A DNA stretch of 64,000 bases from Gemmatimonadaceae bacterium. Lineage in GTDB: Bacteria > Gemmatimonadota > Gemmatimonadetes > Gemmatimonadales > Gemmatimonadaceae. Location of the stretch: positions 373 to 64,372 of the forward strand of contig DASZZO010000053.1 of the NCBI GenBank assembly GCA_035544915.1, given 5' to 3'. The notes under the pieces are model-generated. The model was not told where the DNA came from and searched no databases. It saw only the letters and a program-made list of their open reading frames with translations. The stretch's first letter is position 1, and each line of letters starts with the position of its first letter. Position numbers and translations under genes: made by a program. Shown one piece after another: positions 10,797 through 17,938 of the stretch.

Positions 10797-11440
10797 GTTC
10801 GCAACCGCCGTCCCGCAGCGACTGCATCGACAAACGCGCGCGCGCTCGACGTGAGACCGCCCGTCTGCCCCTGCTTGACCGACACGACATTCACCAGCGC
10901 CGAGCCCACGCTCACCGCCGCCGCACCTGCGGCGATCCACTCCGGTGCGTTCGCGATCGTCACGCCGCCCGACGGCACGAGCCGCAGAAAGGGCATCGGC
11001 GTGAGCAAGTCACGCAGGTAGCGCGAGCCGATCGCCGACGAAGGAAAGACCTTCACTAGCGCGGCGCCGGCGCGATGCGCCTCGAGAATCTCTGTCGGCG
11101 TGAAGGCGCCGGGTACGCAGATGATGTCATGGTCGCGGCAGACACCAATGACGTCGGCATCGAACGTGGGGCTCACAATGAAATGAGCGCCGGCATCGAT
11201 CGCGCTTTGCGCGCTCGCGGCGTCCAGCACGGTACCCGCGCCCACGATGCAACCGTGCTCTCCACACGCCGCGACAAGCGCGGCGATCGTCTCCAGGGCA
11301 CCCGGAGTCGTGAGCGTGATCTCAACCGCGTTCACGCCTCCGGCCGCGAGCGCCTGCGTTGCCGCCAGCAGGTCAAGGCGCTCGCCGAGCCGAACGACGG
11401 CGATGACTCCTGTCTCCAGGATGCGATCGAGAGTGGTCAT
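10793..11440 (-). CDS. eda: KDPG / 4-hydroxy-2-oxoglutarate aldolase
   Basis: GVIAVVRL..GGVNAVEITLTTPGALE..GAGTVL..GAHFIVSP..PGAFTPTEI..VKVFP over 215 aa is a classic Eda signature. Confidence 0.9.
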   Translation of the reverse strand: MTTLDRILETGVIAVVRLGERLDLLAATQALAAGGVNAVEITLTTPGALETIAALVAACGEHGCIVGAGTVLDAASAQSAIDAGAHFIVSPTFDADVIGVCRDHDIICVPGAFTPTEILEAHRAGAALVKVFPSSAIGSRYLRDLLTPMPFLRLVPSGGVTIANAPEWIAAGAAAVSVGSALVNVVSVKQGQTGGLTSSARAFVDAVAAGRRLRT

Positions 11441-12321
11441 GCGAAGGGTGGGAGGAGGAGTGCGTCCGGGTATTTCGTCAAGTCGACCGCGCCGTGGCTG
11501 CCGGGGTCCTCGAGCGGCGGATCAAACACCTCCGCGTGCCGCGCGACGATCGCGGGCCATAGCCCCGCTGCCTCGGGCAGATCCAGCGTGAACTCGGATT
11601 TGAGCGCGGAGACGAACTCTTCCGCACACTCGAGCAGGCGTTCCGTCCTGCCATCTGGTCTGGCCCAGCGCAGCACTCGGCCCCGCAGGGTGGTCACGCC
11701 CGCCGGCGTGTGGCGTTGCGCAACGAGGTTCTGCATGAACGTCGACTGCTCGGATGTCTGCAGATACGCGCACCGCGCCGCGAGCACTGACTCGTCGGCT
11801 GCGCGCAGGGTGAAGTCGAAAGTCTGCTCGCCGCCCTGCACGTGGTTGTGAAGGCGCCACCAGTCTGCATCGGCCTGCGTCAACTCGAAGGTGAAGCCGT
11901 GAGAGCTGAACTCGCCCGGCACGATGCGAATGGGGTCGATCGGCCCGTCGCCGAAGCCGACGTCGGCGAGCCAGGTGCCTTCGTCGAGATCGACTCTGAG
12001 CACGAGGTGATTGCCTATGCCCGCATCGCCCTTCCGATCACGACCTACGGCTCCTGCGCAGCGAGTGACCCGGAAACCGAGTTCCTCGAGGGCCCAGCCG
12101 AGCAGGCCGTTCATTTCATAACACCAGCCGCCCCGGCCGTGCCTGACGATTTTGTCGAAGATTGGCGCCGGGCTGAGGCCGACAGGTCGGCCAAGCTGGA
12201 CGTCGAGATTCTCGTACGGGATGGTAAGGAGGTGGGCGCGGTGGATGGCGCGGAGCGACTCGAAGGTGGGTCGCATGGGGTGGGTGAGCCCGATACGACG
12301 GAGGTAATCGCGAACAAGCAT
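11437..12321 (-). CDS. Arylamine N-acetyltransferase (NAT family)
   Basis: MLVRDYLRRIGL..LRAIHRAHLLTIPYENLDV..GRGGWCYEMNGL..NHLVLRV..WLADVGFGD, including the catalytic Cys motif GGWCYE. ATG 12321. The upstream part of the 349-aa ORF is only translated repeat DNA. The stop overlaps the eda ATG (ATGA). Confidence 0.85.
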   Translation of the reverse strand: MLVRDYLRRIGLTHPMRPTFESLRAIHRAHLLTIPYENLDVQLGRPVGLSPAPIFDKIVRHGRGGWCYEMNGLLGWALEELGFRVTRCAGAVGRDRKGDAGIGNHLVLRVDLDEGTWLADVGFGDGPIDPIRIVPGEFSSHGFTFELTQADADWWRLHNHVQGGEQTFDFTLRAADESVLAARCAYLQTSEQSTFMQNLVAQRHTPAGVTTLRGRVLRWARPDGRTERLLECAEEFVSALKSEFTLDLPEAAGLWPAIVARHAEVFDPPLEDPGSHGAVDLTKYPDALLLPPFA

Positions 12322-12340
12322 AGCGGAGAGTCTACTGCAG

Positions 12341-12460
12341 TCGAGGGTTTGGAGTCGAGGGTTTGGAGTCGAGGGTTTGGAGTCGAGGGGTTTGGAGTCG
12401 AGGGTTTGGAGTCGAGGGTTTGGAGTCGAGGGTCGAGAGTTGAGGCATGAGAGTTGAAAG
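12341..12460. repeat. Tandem array of six 14-15 bp units TCGAGGGTTTGGAG, followed by a GAGAGTTGAG-type arm
   Basis: Direct reading: units at 12341, 12355, 12369, 12383 (15 nt), 12398 and 12412, then TCGAGGGTCGAGAGTTGAGGCATGAGAGTTGAAAG. Confidence 0.9.
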
Positions 12461-12475
12461 CCGCGTCGGATGACA

Positions 12476-12504
12476 TTGCGTTGCAAAGTGCTTTTTGCTA
12501 CACT
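12476..12504 (+). promoter_or_regulatory. Candidate sigma-70-type promoter (TTGCGT-N17-TACACT)
   Basis: -35-like TTGCGT at 12476-12481, a 17-nt spacer, and -10-like TACACT at 12499-12504, about 38 nt upstream of ATG 12542. The promoter consensus of this lineage is unknown. Confidence 0.25.
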
Positions 12505-12541
12505 CCTACTCCTGACCTCGACCCCTTTCTAAAGGCCGCGG

Positions 12542-12829
12542 ATGAACGAATCACCCATGAAGCAGCCGAGCGCCCTCTTGCCAGTGGCAATGTCCGTCGC
12601 CGCCCTGGCCCTCGTGCTCGTGCACGCCGCGATGTACGGCGTTGTCCATGAGGCCGACGAGGGGACGCCGGCCCATCTGTTCCAGATACTCATGGCCGGA
12701 CAGGTGCCGATCGTAATGTATTTCGTGGCGAAGTGGGTGCCGCGCGCCCCGAGGAAGGCTTTGGCGGTGCTTGCATTGCAAGCTGCAGCGGCGATCGCAG
12801 CGTTTACGTCGGTCTACTTTTTGACCTGA
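12542..12829 (+). CDS. Small hypothetical membrane protein (about 3 TM segments)
   Basis: 95-aa ORF with hydrophobic stretches (LLPVAMSVAALALVLV, ILMAGQVPIVMYFVA, ALAVLALQAAAAIAAF) and high GC3. No recognisable family. Confidence 0.5.
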   Translation: MNESPMKQPSALLPVAMSVAALALVLVHAAMYGVVHEADEGTPAHLFQILMAGQVPIVMYFVAKWVPRAPRKALAVLALQAAAAIAAFTSVYFLT

Positions 12830-13049
12830 GTCGAGAACAGGCGAGGGTTGAGGGTCGAGAGTCTTGAGTTGGGGGTCTGGACCGTTTGGACTACTCCCGG
12901 TCGTCTCCCGGAACCGACGCGTTCGGGAGGGTAGCAAAAACAGAGTTGAGAGTTGAGAGTTGAGAGTCGGGGGAGATCCCGCAACTCGCATCTCTGGACG
13001 CGCGACTCTCGACCCCCAACTCTCAACCCTCGACTCCAACCTCTCGACT
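12828..13049. repeat. Composite GAGAGTTGAG-type inverted-repeat element without ORF cargo
   Basis: G-rich arms at 12828-12875 and 12941-12973, a remnant motif CAACTCGCATCTC at 12982-12994, and a C-rich arm at 13005-13049 (ACTCTCGACCCCCAACTCTCAACCCTCGACTCC...). It fills the whole spacer between the stop at 12829 and the ligD ATG at 13056. Confidence 0.8.
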
Positions 13050-13055
13050 GTTTCA

Positions 13056-14768
13056 ATGCCTCCCCTCGAGACGTACCGGCGCAAGCGGGATTTTTCTGCG
13101 ACGGCCGAACCACGGGGCGCTGCCCTGCGCCCCGCTACGCCTGGATCCCTCCGCTTCGTCATCCAGAAACACGCGGCGTCGCACCTGCACTTCGATCTCC
13201 GGCTGGAACTCGACGGCGTCATGAAGAGCTGGGCCGTGCCGAAGGGGCCGAGCATCGACCCGCAGGTCAAGCGACTCGCCATGCAGGTAGAGGATCACCC
13301 GATCGAGTACAACCGCTTCGAGGGCACCATCCCCGAGGGCGAATATGGCGGCGGTACCGTCATGATCTGGGATCGCGGGACGTATGAGCCGCTCGAGGGT
13401 GGACTCGACGAGCTGCGCGAGGCATTCAAGAAGGGGACCATCAAGTTCCTCCTGCACGGTGAACGGTTGCACGGCTCATGGGCGCTGGTGCGCATGAATC
13501 GGGGCGCCGGCCGCCAGTGGCTCCTCATCAAGCATCGCGACCGCTACGCGCGGACCGGAGGCAACATCGTCGGCCGCGTGCTGACTTCCGTGGCGACCCA
13601 ACGCACCATGAAAAGCATCGCGGGCGAGGAGCGCGCACGGGCTCGCAGCGCCGTGAAGACCAGTGAGCGGCGCGCGCCCACCCGCACGACCCCGACGCGC
13701 GTCATCCCCAGGCTTGAACCCATGCTCGCCCGGCTCGGAACCTCATTGCCCGAGGGCAAAGGCTGGACGTTCGAGCCCAAGTATGACGGTATTCGTGTGC
13801 TCGCCTTTGCGGATGGCGATGCCGTAAGCCTGGTGACCCGGAATCAGCTGGACAAGGCATCACAGTTTCCCGACATCGCCGGCGCGCTCACGGCGCTTTC
13901 CCGGAAAAAGCGTCGCCCGTTCGTGCTCGATGGGGAGATCGTCGCCTACGCCGGACGAGTGCTCGGTCGCTTTCAGGAGCTGCAGGAACGCATTCACGAA
14001 ACCAATTCCGCGAAGATCGCGGGTCACATCCGGAACAGCCCTGCGGCGCTGATCGCCTTCGACCTCCTGATGGAAGGCGTCGTTTCATATGTGAAGGAGC
14101 CGCTGGCAACGCGCCGCGCCACCCTCGAGAAACTCTTCGCCCGCCAGCGTTCGCCTGCTCTGCGCCTCGGCGTCTCGATCGAGGGGGGCGGCGATCGACT
14201 CCTGGAGAAGGCTACGAAGGAAGGCTGGGAAGGCATCATGGCGAAGCGCCTCGACGCGCCGTATCGCACGGGAAAACGGTCGGATGCCTGGCTCAAGCTC
14301 AAGCTGGAGGCGCGGCAGGAGTTCGTCGTAGGCGGCTGGACCGAGCCACGGAGATCGCGCGAGCACATCGGATCCCTTCTCCTCGGCTACTGGAAACGCG
14401 GCAAGCTGATCTATGCCGGGCACACCGGTGCAGGATTCTCGCGCCGCACGCTGGCCGACCTGGCGGCGCGCCTGGCTCCATTGGAACGCAAGACGTCGGC
14501 CTTCGAGACCGAGCCGCGCCCCAACGCCCCTGCGCATTGGACGAGACCCGAGGTCGTGGTCGAGATCAAGTTCAATGAATGGACCGCCGGTGGCCGCCTC
14601 CGGCGGCCGGTCTTCCTGGGTGTGCGCGATGACAAGGACGCGCGCACGGTTGTTCGCGAAGGCCCCGCGAGGCAGCGGCAACAGCGCCGCGTGCGGCCAG
14701 CTGCGACCGCCCGCCGCACGGTGCAAGCCACCGCGACCAGCCGCGCGACGGCGAAAGGCGCGGCATGA
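13056..14768 (+). CDS. ligD: DNA ligase D, 3'-phosphoesterase + ATP-dependent ligase domains
   Basis: The PE domain is LRFVIQKHAASHLHFDLRLE..SWAVPKGPS..HPIEY..GEYGGG. The ligase domain carries the adenylation motif EPKYDGIRV. ATG 13056; upstream ORF residues are repeat DNA. Confidence 0.9.
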   Translation: MPPLETYRRKRDFSATAEPRGAALRPATPGSLRFVIQKHAASHLHFDLRLELDGVMKSWAVPKGPSIDPQVKRLAMQVEDHPIEYNRFEGTIPEGEYGGGTVMIWDRGTYEPLEGGLDELREAFKKGTIKFLLHGERLHGSWALVRMNRGAGRQWLLIKHRDRYARTGGNIVGRVLTSVATQRTMKSIAGEERARARSAVKTSERRAPTRTTPTRVIPRLEPMLARLGTSLPEGKGWTFEPKYDGIRVLAFADGDAVSLVTRNQLDKASQFPDIAGALTALSRKKRRPFVLDGEIVAYAGRVLGRFQELQERIHETNSAKIAGHIRNSPAALIAFDLLMEGVVSYVKEPLATRRATLEKLFARQRSPALRLGVSIEGGGDRLLEKATKEGWEGIMAKRLDAPYRTGKRSDAWLKLKLEARQEFVVGGWTEPRRSREHIGSLLLGYWKRGKLIYAGHTGAGFSRRTLADLAARLAPLERKTSAFETEPRPNAPAHWTRPEVVVEIKFNEWTAGGRLRRPVFLGVRDDKDARTVVREGPARQRQQRRVRPAATARRTVQATATSRATAKGAA

Positions 14769-15769
14769 CGCGCGCACGCGGCGACGACATCGTCTCGCAG
14801 TTGACAGCAATCGAGCGCGCGCCAAAGGGGAGCGGGACACTCTCATTCCCCGGTGGTGCCACACTCGCCGTCACGAACCTCGGTAAGCTGTGGTTCCCGG
14901 GCGAGGGAATCAGCAAGGGCGGGGTCATGCGCTACTACGCGCGCGTTGCCCCTGTCATGCTGCCGCTGATCGCGGATCGTCCACTGGTGCTCAAGCGGTT
15001 TCCCGATGGCATCGACGGACCGTCGTTCTACCAGCAGGTAGCCCCCGCCGAAGCGCCGGATGACGTCCGGGTCGGGCTCGTCAATACGTCAAAGGGCAAG
15101 GAGCGGCGCCTGATCGGCGGGGATCTGCCCACACTCCTTTACACGGTGCAACTGGGCGCCATCGACGTGCATCCGTGGCTGTCCCGCGTTCGCACGATTC
15201 AATGGGCGGACTATTCGGTGCTGGACCTCGATCCAGGCCCGCGCGCCGGCTTCGCGCGGGCCGTGCGCATCGCGCTCCGCATTCACGCGGCGCTCAAGAA
15301 GGCGGGATATCGGGCCGCCATCAAGACGTCCGGCTCGCGCGGGCTGCACGTGTTCATACCCATGCCGCCGCGCACGCCGTTTCCGGCGGCGCAGGAGTTC
15401 GGGCGCACCATTGCCGCCGCCATCGCCACCCAGCATCCGAAGGATGCCACGGTTGAGCGCATGCTGGCGAAACGACCCGGCGATGCGGTGTACATCGACT
15501 TCCTGCAGAACGCCGAAGGCAAGAGCGTGGCCGGTCCGTTCAGCTTGCGCGCGCGCAAGGGCGCCACAGCGTCCGCCCCACTCGCCTGGAGCGAGGTAAC
15601 CGAAAGCCTCGACCCAGCGGCGTTCACCATCGCAACGGTTCCAGCCGCGGCCGCGCGCCGCGGACGGCTATGGCTGAGCGCGCTGACGCGGCGCGAACGC
15701 GCTACGACTTCGCGCGCGCGGCCGAAAAGGGGCGCGACATCGCGGGCATCGAGCCGTCGGCGGCCCTGA
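14765..15769 (+). CDS. LigD polymerase/primase domain protein (separate gene)
   Basis: LTNLGKLWFPGEGISKGGVMRYY, DRPLVLKRFPDGI, IDVHPW, LDLDPGP and GSRGLHVFIPM are AEP/LigD-Pol motifs. Its ATG overlaps the ligD stop (ATGA). Confidence 0.85.
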   Translation: MTRARGDDIVSQLTAIERAPKGSGTLSFPGGATLAVTNLGKLWFPGEGISKGGVMRYYARVAPVMLPLIADRPLVLKRFPDGIDGPSFYQQVAPAEAPDDVRVGLVNTSKGKERRLIGGDLPTLLYTVQLGAIDVHPWLSRVRTIQWADYSVLDLDPGPRAGFARAVRIALRIHAALKKAGYRAAIKTSGSRGLHVFIPMPPRTPFPAAQEFGRTIAAAIATQHPKDATVERMLAKRPGDAVYIDFLQNAEGKSVAGPFSLRARKGATASAPLAWSEVTESLDPAAFTIATVPAAAARRGRLWLSALTRRERATTSRARPKRGATSRASSRRRP

Positions 15770-16160
15770 TTTCAGCGGTCCCGGTAAGCGCGTCACCGCT
15801 CACGGTGAAATCGTACGTGGTAACCATCGATACGTGAGACTGGTTGCCGTTTACGTTCAGAACAGCATCCACGGGCTCTCCGGCGACTCGTACACGGCCA
15901 TGGGCGATGGTTCCGCGGAGGTGCCGTGGCTTGGTCCCCGGTTCGGGCGGCGGAGTCAGCACTGTCCACGTGCCGAACACCGAGTCGCCCTTCACCTCGA
16001 AAACGATGCTGGCCTTGCCCTTATCCGCCGAAACCTCGCCGTTTTCGTTTCGAATCTTGTGCTCGAAATCGGCAATCCAGCTGCCCGCGACGGAGGCCTG
16101 GCCCATGGCCGGGCGGGCGAACAAGGCCAGCAGGGCAACGAGCGCAAGGCGGATGGTCAT
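15702..16160 (-). CDS. Hypothetical secreted protein
   Basis: ATG 16160 follows GAGGAA. Signal peptide MTIRLALVALLALFARPAMGQA. 152 aa, beta-rich. The 3' end overlaps the LigD-Pol gene by 68 bp (convergent). Confidence 0.6.
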   Translation of the reverse strand: MTIRLALVALLALFARPAMGQASVAGSWIADFEHKIRNENGEVSADKGKASIVFEVKGDSVFGTWTVLTPPPEPGTKPRHLRGTIAHGRVRVAGEPVDAVLNVNGNQSHVSMVTTYDFTVSGDALTGTAEIRAADGSMPAMSRPFSAARAKS

Positions 16161-16274
16161 CTTCACGGTTCCTCGTGTGCGGAAGGGTTCAGCGGATTGG
16201 TCACCCGACATCCCCGGGCGGTTGCCCGGCGAATGTGTCACCTTTATTCGGAACTGGGCCCGAGCGGAGGTGGC

Positions 16275-17027
16275 ATGGTCGTCGCCGTGGGGAATAGAGA
16301 TGTGTCGTCGGACGAGAACGTCGAGGAGGCCATGCGCGGGCCGCGCAAGGAGCGGCATCGCATTGGACGCACCGGCTGGTTGCGCGCCGCGGTGCTCGGC
16401 GCGAACGATGGCATTCTCTCCACGTCCAGCTTGGTCGTTGGCGTGGCTGCAGCGCACGCCAGCCGCGGTAATGTCCTCGTGGCGGGCATCGCCGGCCTCA
16501 TGGCGGGCACCATGTCGATGGCTGCGGGGGAGTATGTATCGGTGCGCTCGCAAGCCGATACCGAGAAGGCCGACCTCAAGATCGAACGCGCGGAACTTCG
16601 GGCGAACCCGGCCTCCGAGCGCGACGAACTCGCCGCCATCTATGTGCGCCGGGGACTCGAGCCGTCGCTGGCCAAAGAGGTTGCGCGCCAGCTCATGGCG
16701 CACGATGCGCTGGGAGCCCACGCGCGTGACGAACTCGGAATCTCGCATTCGCTGACGGCGCGCCCGACCCAGGCTGCCCTGGCCTCCGCCGGGGCCTTCG
16801 CGTCCGGCGCGAGCGTCCCGCTCCTGGCCAGCGTGTGGGCCCCCTCCACAAACATGATTCCGTTCGTCGTGGCGACGTCACTGGTCCTGTTAGGCCTGCT
16901 CGGCGCATTCGCGGCGCGCGCAGGCGGGGCACCTGTGCTGCGGGGCGCGTTGCGAGTGACTTTCTGGGGCGCCCTGGCAATGGGACTGACCATCGGCGTC
17001 GGACGTTTCTTCGGCACGGTCCTGTGA
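16275..17027 (+). CDS. VIT1/CCC1-family iron/manganese transporter
   Basis: ATG 16275 lies 5 nt after GGAGG. WLRAAVLGANDGILSTSSLVVGV..MAAGEYVSVRSQ.. plus C-terminal TM helices are typical of the VIT family. Confidence 0.85.
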   Translation: MVVAVGNRDVSSDENVEEAMRGPRKERHRIGRTGWLRAAVLGANDGILSTSSLVVGVAAAHASRGNVLVAGIAGLMAGTMSMAAGEYVSVRSQADTEKADLKIERAELRANPASERDELAAIYVRRGLEPSLAKEVARQLMAHDALGAHARDELGISHSLTARPTQAALASAGAFASGASVPLLASVWAPSTNMIPFVVATSLVLLGLLGAFAARAGGAPVLRGALRVTFWGALAMGLTIGVGRFFGTVL

Positions 17028-17905
17028 CGACGTGGACAGTTGCACCGCCGGCATTCCGGCTTCCATCCGGGCTCCGGCTCGGCGCCGTGCGACTGCAGAT
17101 CGCCGACCTCGCGAAGTCGATTGACTACTACGAGCGGGTGATCGGCTTGCGCACGCTCGACCGCACCGCCACGACAGCCCGCCTCGGCGCGAAGGACGAT
17201 AACGCAACGCTCGTCGAACTCCATGAGCGGAGGGGCGCGGCGCCCGTTCCACGGCGCGGCCGGCTGGGGCTCTACCACTTTGCGATCCTCCTTCCGGATC
17301 GTGCGGCGCTCGGTCGCCTTCTGGCTCACCTCACCGCACTCGGGGACCATGTGGGGATGGCGGACCATCTCGTGAGCGAGGCGCTTTACCTGACCGATCC
17401 AGACGGGCTCGGCATAGAGGTGTACGCCGACCGTCCGCCGAGGAGTTGGCGGGTGGACGGCAACACGCTCGCCATGGCGTCGGACCCGCTGAACGTTCCG
17501 GACCTGCTTGCCGCTGCTGGCGAGGTCGCGTGGACGGGTCCTCCGCGCGGCACTCGCATTGGGCACGTCCATCTCTACGTCGCCGATCTCTCCGCCGCCA
17601 CCTCGTTCTACCACACCGCGCTCGGCTTCGATACGGTGCTGCTCAACTTCCCCGGCGCCCAGTTCTTTTCAGCCGGCGGATATCATCATCACGTCGGCAC
17701 GAACACGTGGGCCGCGGGAGCCCCGCGCGCCGCGGAGACCGACGCGCGGCTGCTCGAGTGGACGATTCGGGTTCCTGCGCAGGCTGACGTGGAGGGTGCG
17801 GCGACGTCGCTCGCGAGTGGCGGACATACGGTGCGGCGTGAGGCGGGCGATGCACTCGCGGAAGATCCGTGGGGCATTCCCGTGCGCATTTCCGCGGCGC
17901 GTTAG
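17024..17905 (+). CDS. VOC-family (glyoxalase / extradiol dioxygenase-like) protein
   Basis: Two VOC repeats (LGAVRLQIADLAKSIDYYERVIGL; IGHVHLYVADLSAATSFYHTALGF) and GGYHHHVG. GTG 17024 forms a GTGA overlap with the preceding stop. Confidence 0.8.
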   Translation: MTTWTVAPPAFRLPSGLRLGAVRLQIADLAKSIDYYERVIGLRTLDRTATTARLGAKDDNATLVELHERRGAAPVPRRGRLGLYHFAILLPDRAALGRLLAHLTALGDHVGMADHLVSEALYLTDPDGLGIEVYADRPPRSWRVDGNTLAMASDPLNVPDLLAAAGEVAWTGPPRGTRIGHVHLYVADLSAATSFYHTALGFDTVLLNFPGAQFFSAGGYHHHVGTNTWAAGAPRAAETDARLLEWTIRVPAQADVEGAATSLASGGHTVRREAGDALAEDPWGIPVRISAAR

Positions 17906-17938
17906 CTTCGGCGCGCGCTTGCAACCGGCCGCGCACTC

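Noticed and set aside
12341-12425. CRISPR or coding-repeat interpretation of the 14-bp tandem array
   Set aside because: The 14-bp head-to-tail units have no spacers. A 14-nt period is not a multiple of 3, so the in-frame 'STPNPRLQTLDSKP' translation of the 349-aa ORF is an artefact. The NAT family N-terminus begins at ATG 12321.
12542-16160. A Ku gene hidden near ligD
   Set aside because: None of the ORFs on either strand in this interval shows a Ku-core-like sequence. The small ORFs are a membrane protein and a signal-peptide protein.
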